64,000 nucleotides of DNA from an uncultured Bacteroidales bacterium (GCA_963822145.1 CAWGGG010000004.1:698939-762938); one strand, 5' to 3'. Counted from the first letter of the stretch, positions 19,652 through 30,063 are shown. Made by a program: numbers and translations. The notes: generated by a model from the letters alone, not told the origin.

Positions 19652-20317
19652 ATGCTCCGATTACTGATCACTTTTGAATTGCTTTTAATGACAACCTTTG
19701 CCTGGTCACAGGAACAAGTTACACAGGATCCGCAGGCCGGTCAGATACTGGATCGTGCAGCCCAGAAAGCAAAATCAATGAAATCGCTGCAGGCGGACTT
19801 CACCCTGGTGATTGAGGACCGTAAGGAAAAATCCAGGAATACCTCTGCCGGTAATCTGCTGGTAAGTCAAAATAAGTATAAGATCACCAGTGAAAAAAGC
19901 GTTATTTTCTTCAATGGTAAAACCACGTGGACCTATCTACCAGATAATAATGAAGTTACCATTACCGAGCCCATGAATCAGGCAGATGATTTTATGAGCA
20001 ATCCGGCCCTCTTTTTCACCCTGTATCAGCGTGATTTTAAATACCGCTATGTTCAGGAGACTGCAGTGAATGGAACGAGATGCCACGAGATTGATTTGTT
20101 TCCCAGGAACCTGAACCAGCCCTATTCGAAGATCAAGGTATATATTAGTATGCAGTCTAGCCTCCCCGAAATTATCACTTCTGTGGGCAAGGACGGTGTT
20201 GATTACACAGTTTATCTGAAGAACCTGATCCTCGACCGGGAAGTAAACCCTTCAACTTTCACCTTCGATCCGGCAAAGTATAAGAAAGTGGAAGTGGTGG
20301 ACATGAGAGGGTTATAG
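19652..20317 (+). CDS. lolA: Outer-membrane lipoprotein carrier LolA
   Basis: Signal peptide, FNGKTTWTY..DNNEVTI, conserved position after ftsK. Confidence 0.88.
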   Translation: MLRLLITFELLLMTTFAWSQEQVTQDPQAGQILDRAAQKAKSMKSLQADFTLVIEDRKEKSRNTSAGNLLVSQNKYKITSEKSVIFFNGKTTWTYLPDNNEVTITEPMNQADDFMSNPALFFTLYQRDFKYRYVQETAVNGTRCHEIDLFPRNLNQPYSKIKVYISMQSSLPEIITSVGKDGVDYTVYLKNLILDREVNPSTFTFDPAKYKKVEVVDMRGL

Positions 20318-20396
20318 AAGGGACGAGGGACAAGGGACGAGGGACAAGGTAAAACCAATACGTCCCTTGTCCCTCGTCCCTCGTCCCTTGTCCCTA
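20318..20396. repeat. Inverted heptamer tandem arrays (RAGGGAC)x4 / (GTCCCTY)x5 forming a long hairpin between convergent genes
   Basis: Left arm 20318-20345, right arm 20362-20396 (last unit includes the GH20 stop codon). Confidence 0.92.
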
Positions 20397-22976
20397 TTTA
20401 ACTTCCACAGACCTGCTGGCTCTATAAAGACTATTGAAAGCTTTAAGTTTAACAGTACCGATTACTTCAACCGGCTGTTCATATACCTGGGAATATCTGT
20501 CGGGTTCTGAGCCATCCGTGGTATAACGGATAACTAAACCCGGGAAATCAATATTGGCATAAAGCCTGCCATTTTCAATCTTTGCACCAGGAGGAGCAAT
20601 ACGGTAATTAAACCCACCAAAGAGATAATCGAGCCGGGGGAATTCATATAACCCAACCTTGTTGACAAAAACATTCCAGGCTGCATCAATGGCGCTGATC
20701 CTGGCCCGGGCATTGCTTTCGGTCTCATAATCGGGAGCCCTGCTCCAGGCTCTTTCAGCAAATCCCAGCAATTTGGGAAGTGCTGAGTATTCCAACATCG
20801 ACGGATTTTTTAAAGTTTCGCTCCACAATTCTGCCTGAAGGCCCAGGATGTTTTTCCTGGCCTCGGGTTTCAGCCTTTCCATTCCCATGTAAGCCGTTTC
20901 AGGGTCAACCGGAAGCCCTCGGCTATCCCACAGACTTGACTTAAATGCATCATACGGGATGAAATCAAAGGCTTTCCTGGTATCCACAAATCCCCCCCAG
21001 TACAATCCTGGTTCTTTCGGATCAGGATTATATGATAAATCAAAATAGAAATTATTCACATTACACAGTACTACAGGGTAACCTGCATTGGCTAACCGGT
21101 ACCCCAGATTCAGGTTTGAACCGATGCTATTCCAGACGAAGGGAACTACCTTTTGCCCGACAAAGGCCGGATTCGGGACCCAACCATCTTCACGGATCAG
21201 CATGGCTACTTCTTCCCAGCCACCAATGGTGAGATCAAACTTTTGAAGCACTTCTGTCAGCCTGTCAAGGAAATAACCCTGCAGGTTTTTTGGATTGCCG
21301 ATTTCAGGATGTTGCTGCAGCAGCTTTCTGCATTCGGGAGATTTGGCCCAAACACCATCCGGAACTTCATCTCCGCCTGTATGGATATAATCAAAAGGTA
21401 CACCTGCGAGATCATAAGTGGCCTTTAAGTCCTTTACAACAGTTTCATAGAAACGGTACGCTGATTCCAATGCTACACAGATGACATTATCGTTGAAAAC
21501 CTGTGCCGAGGAATACACAGAACTGTCATTGGGATCAGACAGCCGGTAAAGGTTTGCGGCTTCCTGGTCAGCTTCGGCCATAAACCTGTCATACCTTTTT
21601 TCCATGGCTTTGATGGCAGCCCTGGAGTGTCCCGGCACGTTGATCTCAGGAATAACCTTGATGTGCCTGTCACGTGCATGTTGCAGAATTTCAATAAAAT
21701 CCTGCTGTGTATAATATCCCGTTCCGGTGGAATGGTCAGGATCGGCAAACGGACCGGAACCATAAGCTGGCTGTAGCACAATTTTGTCATCCAGCGTGTG
21801 GCCCCTTTTACTGCCCAGTTCAGTAAGTTCAGGCAGACTGGGAATTTCAATTCTCCATCCCTCATCATCAGTGAGATGAAAATGCAGGGTATTGATCTTG
21901 TATAATGCAAGCAGGTCAAGTAATTTCAGTATGGTTTCCTTTTTGGAGAAATTCCTGGCAACATCCAGGTGGAATCCCCGGTAAGAAAATCGGGGGGCAT
22001 CCTTTATTTCAGCAGTCATGATCCTGAAAGTGGTATTCCTTGTTTTGTAAGTTTCGGCAGGAATAAGGGAAAGCAAACTCTGGATGCCATAAAAAACACC
22101 CTCACGATCAGAACCGGCAATGACTATTCCTGATGCTTCAGAAATGCTGAGATGGTATGCCTCCTTATCAGCACCGTTCACAGTAATCCGTTCAGTCTTT
22201 AATACTATGGCATCGGGTCCGGCGGAATTTCCTTCACGGATAGCAATTCTTACCCCGGTAAACTGCTCCAGGAATTGTGACAGGTAAGCAGCTTCGCTTT
22301 TACAGTCGGCCTGGTAATAAATATGATCCGTTTTGCTTAATTCCAGAGTGCCTTTTCCGGCAACAAAGGAAACCGGTGTTGGTATGATGATACCGGTTTC
22401 CTCATGAGGTAGAATACTGATGAGGGCATTGGCAGCAAATACCTTTTCAGGGGTGGGGAAGGAAAATCCTCTGTCATCCCCGGCAGGATTGTACTTTTCC
22501 GGATCAGAGAAAGGCGAAACAGTATAGTTGGTTAAAGCAACTACCTTTTCATCCGTTCCCTTGTCCTTAAAAACCAGATACAGTCCCTCGGGCGCATGAG
22601 ATTCCTTGATAATCCTGCCGCTGCAGGTATAGTTCACGGTTATTTTATCACCGGGTTTGAGACGGAAGGAATTGCCCGGACTGAAACGGAAAAAATCTCC
22701 GTTGATATGCTCAAACACCCCAAGCGACGGATCCGGACCTTGTTGAGGGGCCGCGCCTATCTGGTTGAAATAAAGGATCCAGTCAGAGCTGCCCAATTCG
22801 AATTTTCCTTTGTTTTCAAACACGAAGGCCGCTGTGCTTTGTTCTCCGATGATTCCGGTTAATTCCCAGGTGACGGCCAATTGCTCACCCATTGCAGTAA
22901 ACCTGTCTTTTTCTGTCGAACAGGCCGATCCTATCAGCATCGAAACTGCCACCAAAGCGATCCAATTTCTTTTCAT
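20394..22976 (-). CDS. Beta-N-acetylhexosaminidase (GH20, chitobiase-type), lipoprotein
   Basis: DAPRFSYRGFHLDVARNF, HLTDDEGWR, HTGGDEV catalytic motif, C-terminal YTTDGSEP domain. Confidence 0.95.
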   Translation of the reverse strand: MKRNWIALVAVSMLIGSACSTEKDRFTAMGEQLAVTWELTGIIGEQSTAAFVFENKGKFELGSSDWILYFNQIGAAPQQGPDPSLGVFEHINGDFFRFSPGNSFRLKPGDKITVNYTCSGRIIKESHAPEGLYLVFKDKGTDEKVVALTNYTVSPFSDPEKYNPAGDDRGFSFPTPEKVFAANALISILPHEETGIIIPTPVSFVAGKGTLELSKTDHIYYQADCKSEAAYLSQFLEQFTGVRIAIREGNSAGPDAIVLKTERITVNGADKEAYHLSISEASGIVIAGSDREGVFYGIQSLLSLIPAETYKTRNTTFRIMTAEIKDAPRFSYRGFHLDVARNFSKKETILKLLDLLALYKINTLHFHLTDDEGWRIEIPSLPELTELGSKRGHTLDDKIVLQPAYGSGPFADPDHSTGTGYYTQQDFIEILQHARDRHIKVIPEINVPGHSRAAIKAMEKRYDRFMAEADQEAANLYRLSDPNDSSVYSSAQVFNDNVICVALESAYRFYETVVKDLKATYDLAGVPFDYIHTGGDEVPDGVWAKSPECRKLLQQHPEIGNPKNLQGYFLDRLTEVLQKFDLTIGGWEEVAMLIREDGWVPNPAFVGQKVVPFVWNSIGSNLNLGYRLANAGYPVVLCNVNNFYFDLSYNPDPKEPGLYWGGFVDTRKAFDFIPYDAFKSSLWDSRGLPVDPETAYMGMERLKPEARKNILGLQAELWSETLKNPSMLEYSALPKLLGFAERAWSRAPDYETESNARARISAIDAAWNVFVNKVGLYEFPRLDYLFGGFNYRIAPPGAKIENGRLYANIDFPGLVIRYTTDGSEPDRYSQVYEQPVEVIGTVKLKAFNSLYRASRSVEVK

Positions 22977-24436
22977 GATTTTAAGGGTATATTTTGAAGT
23001 GTTTCAACCAGGAAATCCCAGAATTTCTGAACACTTTCCACATGCACTTTTTCATCTGGTGAATGGGGATGTCTGATGGTGGGACCAAAGGATACCATGT
23101 CGAGGTTCGGATAAACACCTCCGATGATACCGCATTCAAGACCGGCATGGATGGCTTTTATTTCCAGTTTCCTTCCGTATTTTGTCTGATATACTTTGTC
23201 CATGGTCTTCATGATGGCTGAATCCATATTGGGCTTCCAACCGGGGTATGATCCGGTAAAGGAGACTCGCGCCCCGGCCATTTCAAAAAGTGCGCGCATG
23301 GAATTGGCCAGATTCTCCTTGGCGGAATCCACGGAACTTCGGAGCAGGCAGTTCGCATTGATCACGGGACCGTTTGTCTTAACAATCGCCAGGTTGGTGG
23401 AGGTTTCAACCAATCCGGGAATGCCATCGGTCATGCGTATGGTACCATTGGGACAACAGTAAACTGCAGCAATCAGTCTTTTCTGTAAATCAGGCTGCAT
23501 TACTCTTTCAGGCAGGCTGGTTTTGGTGCACTCAATTTTCAGATCAGGCTCGGTAGCAGCTAGTTCCGATAAGACCACCCGGGTATACGCTTTTACCAGT
23601 TCCAGGAATGCTTTTTCATGATTCTCCGGAATGATGGCCGTGGCGTGTGCCTCCCTTGGTATTGCATTCCGCATATTTCCTCCTTCAACCTCACAGAGGC
23701 GTAATCCCATATTCCGTTGGGCATCCCAGAGCAGGCGGATGAGTACCTGGTTGGAATTTCCTCGCCCGGAGTTGATGTCAATGCCGGAGTGCCCGCCTTT
23801 TAATCCCGAAATTTTAAGCAGGTAAGGTACATAGCCGGCAGGGACCTTTTCTGCAATATAATCGAATTCAATGTTCCCATCCATACCCCCGGCGCAGCCA
23901 ATGTATAGTTCTCCTTCGTCTTCCGAGTCGAGGTTCAACAGGATATCACCGCGCAATTGTCCGGGCTGCAGGGCAAATGCCCCGGTCATGCCGGTTTCCT
24001 CATCAACAGTGAAAAGGGCTTCTATCGGGCCATGCTTCAGATCCTTCGATTCCAGAACAGCAAGCATAGCCGCAACACCAATACCATTATCCGCTCCCAG
24101 GGTGGTTCCGTTGGCTTTTACCCAGTCCCCGTCAATATAAGCATCAATCGGATCTTTTTCAAAATCATGCTGTTTATCACTGTTTTTCTGAGGGACCATG
24201 TCGAGATGGGCCTGAAATACGACACCTTTGCGTTTTTCCATGCCAGCAGTTGCCGGTTTCCGGATAACAATGTTCCCCACTGAATCAACCTGCGTTTCAA
24301 GCTTCAGGCTTTCGCCGAACTTTTTTATAAAGTCAACCATCCTGGCTTCCTTTTTAGAAGGCCGGGGAATAAGGGTTATGTTCTTGAAATTCTGCCAGAT
24401 GCCTGCCGGTGCAAGCGCTTCAATTTTTCTGTTCAT
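22973..24436 (-). CDS. pepD: Aminoacyl-histidine dipeptidase
   Basis: QAHLDMV, TTLGADNGIG, TVDEETGMTGA, IHAGLECG, HSPDE. Confidence 0.96.
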   Translation of the reverse strand: MNRKIEALAPAGIWQNFKNITLIPRPSKKEARMVDFIKKFGESLKLETQVDSVGNIVIRKPATAGMEKRKGVVFQAHLDMVPQKNSDKQHDFEKDPIDAYIDGDWVKANGTTLGADNGIGVAAMLAVLESKDLKHGPIEALFTVDEETGMTGAFALQPGQLRGDILLNLDSEDEGELYIGCAGGMDGNIEFDYIAEKVPAGYVPYLLKISGLKGGHSGIDINSGRGNSNQVLIRLLWDAQRNMGLRLCEVEGGNMRNAIPREAHATAIIPENHEKAFLELVKAYTRVVLSELAATEPDLKIECTKTSLPERVMQPDLQKRLIAAVYCCPNGTIRMTDGIPGLVETSTNLAIVKTNGPVINANCLLRSSVDSAKENLANSMRALFEMAGARVSFTGSYPGWKPNMDSAIMKTMDKVYQTKYGRKLEIKAIHAGLECGIIGGVYPNLDMVSFGPTIRHPHSPDEKVHVESVQKFWDFLVETLQNIPLKS

Positions 24437-24611
24437 ATAGTTTTGTGTTTGTTGTGATCTAAAAATTTAAAATTACCGAATATCTGAAATCTAGTGCAAG
24501 ATTTTTATCATGTAATTACTATAGCGGATTGAAAATGGACGCTGCTTATTTAACACCTCTATAACACTTATATCAGAACAAAATTCTAATTTAGCCGTTA
24601 TATTTTATAAA

Positions 24612-25145
24612 ATGAATATCATGAGATCAACATTGATTTTCCTGCTTGCCCTTTGTTTTACCTTTTCCTCCCTTGCACAGCAACCTGTTAAATGGTATAC
24701 CATTCAGGAGGCGTTCACGCTTGTCAAGAAGGAGCCCAGGAAAATTCTTATTGATGTATATACCGATTGGTGCAGCTGGTGTAAAGTAATGGACAGCAAA
24801 ACGTTCAGCAACCAAGTGATAGCCGATTACCTGAATAAGAATTTTTATCCGGTAAAATTCAATGCTGAACAGAAAGAAGATGTCTTTTTGTATGGTAAGA
24901 CCTACAAGTTTGTGACCAGCGGGACCAGGGGTTATCATGAACTGGCTGCTGAATTGCTGAATGGCCAGCTCGGTTATCCTTCCGTCGTTTTTCTGGATGA
25001 GCAGACAAAAATGATCCAGCCGGTTCAGGGTTATATTCAGGCCAAACAATTCGACGAGATCGTAAAGTTTATAGGAGGGGATTTCTATAAGAATCAGAAA
25101 TGGGAAGATTTCCAGGCAAGCTATACTTCACCCATCAAAGAATGA
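24612..25145 (+). CDS. Exported thioredoxin-fold protein (DUF255-like)
   Basis: Signal peptide, YTDWCSWCKVMD CxxC, cis-Pro GYPS. Confidence 0.88.
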   Translation: MNIMRSTLIFLLALCFTFSSLAQQPVKWYTIQEAFTLVKKEPRKILIDVYTDWCSWCKVMDSKTFSNQVIADYLNKNFYPVKFNAEQKEDVFLYGKTYKFVTSGTRGYHELAAELLNGQLGYPSVVFLDEQTKMIQPVQGYIQAKQFDEIVKFIGGDFYKNQKWEDFQASYTSPIKE

Positions 25146-25174
25146 TCATTACCAACTTTTAATACGACGGCCTG

Positions 25175-25258
25175 TCACTTAATCACCTAATCACCTAATC
25201 ACCTAATCACTTAATCACTTAATCACTTAATCACTTAATCACCTAATCACCTAATCAC
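25175..25258. repeat. Octamer tandem repeat (TCACYTAA) x10.5
   Basis: Ten full units of TCACTTAA/TCACCTAA plus TCAC, between convergent genes. Confidence 0.95.
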
Positions 25259-25262
25259 GCCT

Positions 25263-26372
25263 TCACTTTTCCTCCAGATTCATTGGCACGATGGCTCCGG
25301 TCTGAAATACCGGGAACAGAGCCTCGGCCCAGAGCTGTTCACCTACCAGTAATTTTAAGTAAACCTGGTCCGCTACCCGGTAATACAGCAGATTAACGGG
25401 CTGCTTGACCGGAAGCCTGTATTGTTCCAAAACTTTGGTTTTGTTGAAAGCGTTAAATTCCAGGACGACCGGAACGCCACTGGCCTCTTCAATATCAACA
25501 AATCCTTCCTGTTCGGAAAACCTGAACAGGAGTATGCGGACAGATTCTAAGTCTCCTGGTTGTGTTGTACTGTAACTCCTCCTGTACTGCCTGACAATTC
25601 TTTTACCCGTAAAAAGCGAAAGGTAGTTTTCTTCAAGCCTTGCCAATTCCTGTAAGGCATCGGCCATGGACTCTCCCTGGGGCATTGAATCATACTGACC
25701 GGTCACGAGCTTAAACCGGCGTTTTTTAAGCTTAATGATAAAATTAGCTGCCTCCTCGGCTTTCTGTTCAACAGTTTTTTCCTTGAGGAGGTTTCTGCCG
25801 GCTGGTTTTGATGGAATATCCGTTTCCGGCATGACCAGACTGATATCAATATCCTTTTCAGCTTCAAAGTTCCTTTTAATGCCCAAATCTGTAAATAAAT
25901 TGCCATCTGAAGGTACCGGGTAACCGTACTGATTCACATGATTAAAGGAGAACTTTTCAGCAGGAAGGATCAGACAATTGTTGAGCAAACGCTTGATGCC
26001 CTCATGTTCTTCGGGGTTGTTGAGTCCATTTACAGAATACATGTAGTCGGGATCCGCTTCAACATGGTTCGACAACTGTATGTCCCTGATATGCCAGATG
26101 GTTTCGGTTTTTTCCGGCACATTCTCAATTCCCAGGTATTTGGCTGCAAATTTATAGTATGGCCCGGGAATGGTGGTCACTTCTTCTGCCATTACCTGGA
26201 TGTCTATGCTAGTCTGCGGCAGCGCGTAAATAAACGATCCCGCCTCTGCAGAGCCCCCGTCACTCAGACTTTTTACCGAAATTTTCATTACCGGTGCACA
26301 TGAAATCATAACTGCCCATAGGAACAGCAAGCTTAAAAACTCAGGACCAATGCTTTTTTTCATGGTGTTCAA
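25263..26372 (-). CDS. Lipoprotein of unknown function (DUF4831-like)
   Basis: Lipobox ISC, YALPQT, PGPYYKFAAKYLG, EENYLSLFTGK. Confidence 0.7.
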   Translation of the reverse strand: MNTMKKSIGPEFLSLLFLWAVMISCAPVMKISVKSLSDGGSAEAGSFIYALPQTSIDIQVMAEEVTTIPGPYYKFAAKYLGIENVPEKTETIWHIRDIQLSNHVEADPDYMYSVNGLNNPEEHEGIKRLLNNCLILPAEKFSFNHVNQYGYPVPSDGNLFTDLGIKRNFEAEKDIDISLVMPETDIPSKPAGRNLLKEKTVEQKAEEAANFIIKLKKRRFKLVTGQYDSMPQGESMADALQELARLEENYLSLFTGKRIVRQYRRSYSTTQPGDLESVRILLFRFSEQEGFVDIEEASGVPVVLEFNAFNKTKVLEQYRLPVKQPVNLLYYRVADQVYLKLLVGEQLWAEALFPVFQTGAIVPMNLEEK

Positions 26373-27876
26373 TCATTTTAAATGCTTCGTCAAGGTAATC
26401 AATTATATCCGATGCTGTTAAACCGCGCTCCCCGGTATGTCCAGCTGCCAGGTCTCCTGCCAGACCATGGGAGAAGGCAGCGATTAGGGAAGCATCTTCA
26501 GCAGTGTATCCCTGAGCCAATAACGACAGAACAATACCAGTTAGTACGTCACCGCTGCCGGCAGTTGCCATTCCCGGATTCCCTGTGCTGTTGAAAAAAC
26601 ACCTGCCATCCGGCAGCGAGATTGAACTGTAAGCGCCTTTTAAAAGGATGATCAGCTTATATTTCACGGAACATTCGATTTGAAGTTCATTTCGTCTGAA
26701 TCCGCTGTTCACCTTTCCAAAGAGTCGGTCAAACTCCCCCGGATGCGGCGTGATGATAGTATTCATAGGCAGGTATTGCAGCAATTCAGGACGAAGTGCC
26801 AGGATATTGAGGGCATCGGCATCCAGCACCAGTGGCTTCTTCGTACTTCGGATGAGATATTCCATTGCGGTTGCCGTTTCTGGTTTTATGCCGATACCAG
26901 GGCCTGCAGCAATGGCACTGTAGTTTTCAAGATCCGGACAGTGGGTAAACCGTTCTTCACAAGGATCAATGCTGAATATGGATTCCGGTACCGAAACCTG
27001 TACCATTGGGTACCCCTCTTTGGGAACGTGGGTGGTAAGCAGTCCAGTACCCGATCGGATGCATGATCTCGCAGCCAGAATAGCCGCCCCCATCATGCCG
27101 AATGATCCGGCTATCAGCAGGGCATGACCATATGTGCCTTTATGGGAAAACGTTGGCCTCTTTAAAAGTTTACCGCTGATGTCACCGATAGCGGTATAAA
27201 AAAACAACGCCGGTTGCTGTTCCAAGGCTTCAGGGTGAAGGTTAATGGGAATGATATGCCAATTGCCACAGTATCGCTGATTCTCTGCGTAAAAGAATGA
27301 TCTCTTTGGAAACTGAAAAGTGAGGGTATCAGAAGCCCTGATGATCCCCTGGTCGGGAATCCCTGAATTATCCTCTCCCATGAGCCCGCTGGGTATATCA
27401 ATAGAGATCACCCTGCATCCGGAGTTGTTGATGGTATGTACCACACTGGCAGCAAGCCCTTCCAGCGGACGGGTCAGTCCTGATCCAAACAGGGCATCGA
27501 TGATTACGGTATTCATTTCGATATCTGGCAAATCAGATGGTGCGTGGATTACCTGAATCGGAACCATTGCCTGGCTGATCAACCTGTTACGGTTTAAAGC
27601 AGCCCCGGAAGACATATTGGGACTTTCGTGCAGCTGGAACACACGGATATTCCCGAAATTCCTTTCCGCTAACATCCGGGCTATAGCCCAGCCATCACCT
27701 CCGTTATTTCCGGGTCCTGAGAAAACCGCTAAAGGCGCCTGCCGGGGTATGTGCGCTTCAATCCATTGCACACAGCCCAATGCTGCTCTTTCCATCAGAT
27801 CTGCCGGAGAAATCGGTTCATTCCTGACGGTATAGGCATCAATTTCCCTGATCTGGCTGGTTTTAAAAATCTTCAT
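26341..27876 (-). CDS. nnr: Bifunctional NAD(P)H-hydrate epimerase/dehydratase
   Basis: GPGNNGGDG, IDALFGSG, HKGTYG, LDADAL, TPHPGEF, GNPGMATAGSGDVLTG. Confidence 0.95.
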   Translation of the reverse strand: MKIFKTSQIREIDAYTVRNEPISPADLMERAALGCVQWIEAHIPRQAPLAVFSGPGNNGGDGWAIARMLAERNFGNIRVFQLHESPNMSSGAALNRNRLISQAMVPIQVIHAPSDLPDIEMNTVIIDALFGSGLTRPLEGLAASVVHTINNSGCRVISIDIPSGLMGEDNSGIPDQGIIRASDTLTFQFPKRSFFYAENQRYCGNWHIIPINLHPEALEQQPALFFYTAIGDISGKLLKRPTFSHKGTYGHALLIAGSFGMMGAAILAARSCIRSGTGLLTTHVPKEGYPMVQVSVPESIFSIDPCEERFTHCPDLENYSAIAAGPGIGIKPETATAMEYLIRSTKKPLVLDADALNILALRPELLQYLPMNTIITPHPGEFDRLFGKVNSGFRRNELQIECSVKYKLIILLKGAYSSISLPDGRCFFNSTGNPGMATAGSGDVLTGIVLSLLAQGYTAEDASLIAAFSHGLAGDLAAGHTGERGLTASDIIDYLDEAFKMIEHHEKKHWS

Positions 27877-28729
27877 AACGGCTTACCTGGGTACCGGGTT
27901 CCATATTATGCTTTTTATAATCATATTCTAAAACCATTGTTACTATGCCTTTCGCATTAAATTCCTTATAAATGCTTATGACAGTGCCTGTAATATAACT
28001 GTATTCACGGCGGCTGACAGATTCATTACCGGCACCCGTGGTCTTGACCTGATAAAGCCTGCCGCTGCTGTCATACAAATATTCTTCACTGTATCCGAAT
28101 GATTTCCCCTGGTCATCAACACCCGAAACCAATACCAGTTTTACTTTACCATCCGGAAAATAGGAATATTGACGGGTTAACTGCCTATTCAGCGACTTAG
28201 ACAAGGGTTTGAATTTGCTTGTTTCCTGCTGCAGCAATCCTGCAGCTGAATACAAGTAACGTTTAGTTGTGCCGGCCTTTTTGCCGTAATAAACAATTTC
28301 CTGAACCGGTTTTTTTATAGTGCTGAATTTCTTTACAGTTTTCTCAGCGGTTATCAGTCCTGATCCTCCCGGAATCAACCTGGTTATAACAGTATTATTG
28401 CCTGCCTCATCATAATCATACTTCAGGATGTACAACAGGCTGTCTTTCTGGTCATAGTATTCCTTTGTGAAAATCCTGTCATTGCGATAGAAATAAAAGA
28501 CATAGCCGGAAATCTGACCAGTAGTCTCATTAAAGCTGATCTCACGGAACAGCCTGCCGTCAGAGGTATGCAACTTCTGGTGCACCACGGTTCTGCCGCT
28601 GGTGTGTCCGGCGCTGTCCAGTTTATATTTGTAGGTCAGGTCTATTTTCAGGGTGTCTGCTGCACCGGATGCCACACTGATCGTCAGCAGCAATCCGAAC
28701 AGGATGAAAGTTTTATTGAATAGTCTCAT
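27863..28729 (-). CDS. Exported hypothetical protein with YD/RHS-like beta repeats
   Basis: Signal peptide; repeated YxYD..G motifs (YDYDEAGN, YLYSAAGL, YSYFPDGK, YLYDSSGR). Confidence 0.6.
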   Translation of the reverse strand: MRLFNKTFILFGLLLTISVASGAADTLKIDLTYKYKLDSAGHTSGRTVVHQKLHTSDGRLFREISFNETTGQISGYVFYFYRNDRIFTKEYYDQKDSLLYILKYDYDEAGNNTVITRLIPGGSGLITAEKTVKKFSTIKKPVQEIVYYGKKAGTTKRYLYSAAGLLQQETSKFKPLSKSLNRQLTRQYSYFPDGKVKLVLVSGVDDQGKSFGYSEEYLYDSSGRLYQVKTTGAGNESVSRREYSYITGTVISIYKEFNAKGIVTMVLEYDYKKHNMEPGTQVSRYEDF

Positions 28730-28750
28730 GAACCTTATCGTTAGCGTTTT

Positions 28751-30013
28751 TTAGCGGGTACTCAATACTTGCCCGCAATGGATGGAGATTAATTCCGAGG
28801 CTCCGGCATATCCAAGATCTTTGGCCTTGTTCAGGTCCTTGCATGCCGCATCTGTCTGGTTCAGGTTTAATTCTGATACGGCCCGGCTGAAATAGGCCTC
28901 AGGATAATTGTCACGCAGTTCAATAGCTTTGGTAAAATCGGGTATGGCAGCTGCATGCAGGTTCAGGTTACCCTTTGACACGCCCCGGTTGAAATAGGCA
29001 TAAGCCATATCGGGTTTAATTGCAATGGCTTTGTCATAATACGGAAGGGAGGCCCTGAAATCCTTATTCATCGAACTCACAACACCCAGGGTTAAGTAAG
29101 CATCTGCGTTCTGAGGTTCCAGTTTAACCACTTCTCCGAGATCACGCGAGGATTCCTGAAGCCGTTGCAGGTTCATATACGCCAGTGCCCTATTGTAATA
29201 CGCCCTGGCAGGTTTATGTTTCTGGTCAATGGCAAGCGAATAATCTTTAACAGCTTCCTTAAATGCGCCCTTTCTGGCAAAAACAGAGCCCCTGTTAAAT
29301 ACCACATCGATATTATCAGGGTTTAAGGCCAGCGCTTTGTTGAAGTCCGCCAGAGCGCCGTCGAGATCACCGATGTTGAGTTTCAGATAACCGCGGTTAG
29401 CCAGTGCGTCAACATTGTCGAGATCAATGCTGAGTAATTTATCATAATCACCAATGGCTCCTTTAAAATCTTCAAGTGCTGAACGGGCTTCAATGCTTTT
29501 CAAATAAGCTTCGATGTTTTCAGCATCCATGGCCATAGCTTTCCTGTAATCTTCCACGGAACCTTTGAAATCGAGCAGCCCGGCCCTGGCTATACCCCTG
29601 TGGTAATAGGCCTGCGCATTAAGAGAATCCATTGCCAATACATGGGTAAAATCGGTAATGGCCTGTGGCTTTTCTTCAAGTTTTAAATGGATCAGCCCGC
29701 GGTAGAAATATGCATCAGCAACAAGGCTGTCAATCCGGATGGAGTTGTTAATTTCGTCCATGGCAACGTCATACCGGGTAAGATAATAGTCCGATTGCGC
29801 CATACCCATTAAGGCCTCTGCAGATCTTCCGTACCATCGGTAGGCTTTTTCAAACAGGGCCAGGGATTCCTTGTATTTCTTTTCCTGAAGCAATGCTACC
29901 GCCTTTTCTGTAAGGTTCCGTGAAATCGACTTCCTTGATAACCAAAGCGCAATTGACGCAATGATCAGGGCTGCAATAAGAAAGAGTAAAACTGATAATC
30001 TTTTACGTGACAT
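28751..30013 (-). CDS. Membrane-anchored tetratricopeptide repeat protein
   Basis: N-terminal TM helix then about ten TPRs (AYxNRG...A..DF.KAI.L.P). Confidence 0.9.
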   Translation of the reverse strand: MSRKRLSVLLFLIAALIIASIALWLSRKSISRNLTEKAVALLQEKKYKESLALFEKAYRWYGRSAEALMGMAQSDYYLTRYDVAMDEINNSIRIDSLVADAYFYRGLIHLKLEEKPQAITDFTHVLAMDSLNAQAYYHRGIARAGLLDFKGSVEDYRKAMAMDAENIEAYLKSIEARSALEDFKGAIGDYDKLLSIDLDNVDALANRGYLKLNIGDLDGALADFNKALALNPDNIDVVFNRGSVFARKGAFKEAVKDYSLAIDQKHKPARAYYNRALAYMNLQRLQESSRDLGEVVKLEPQNADAYLTLGVVSSMNKDFRASLPYYDKAIAIKPDMAYAYFNRGVSKGNLNLHAAAIPDFTKAIELRDNYPEAYFSRAVSELNLNQTDAACKDLNKAKDLGYAGASELISIHCGQVLSTR

Positions 30014-30063
30014 ATTCCAGGATGAATTAGCTGATAATATTAGGAAAAAAAAATGAATCTGTC

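Noticed and set aside
25175-25258. Possible CRISPR array
   Set aside because: 8-bp contiguous units with no spacers and no cas genes
27863-28729. RHS toxin
   Set aside because: Too short, no DPxG core-end motif, toxin domain or immunity gene
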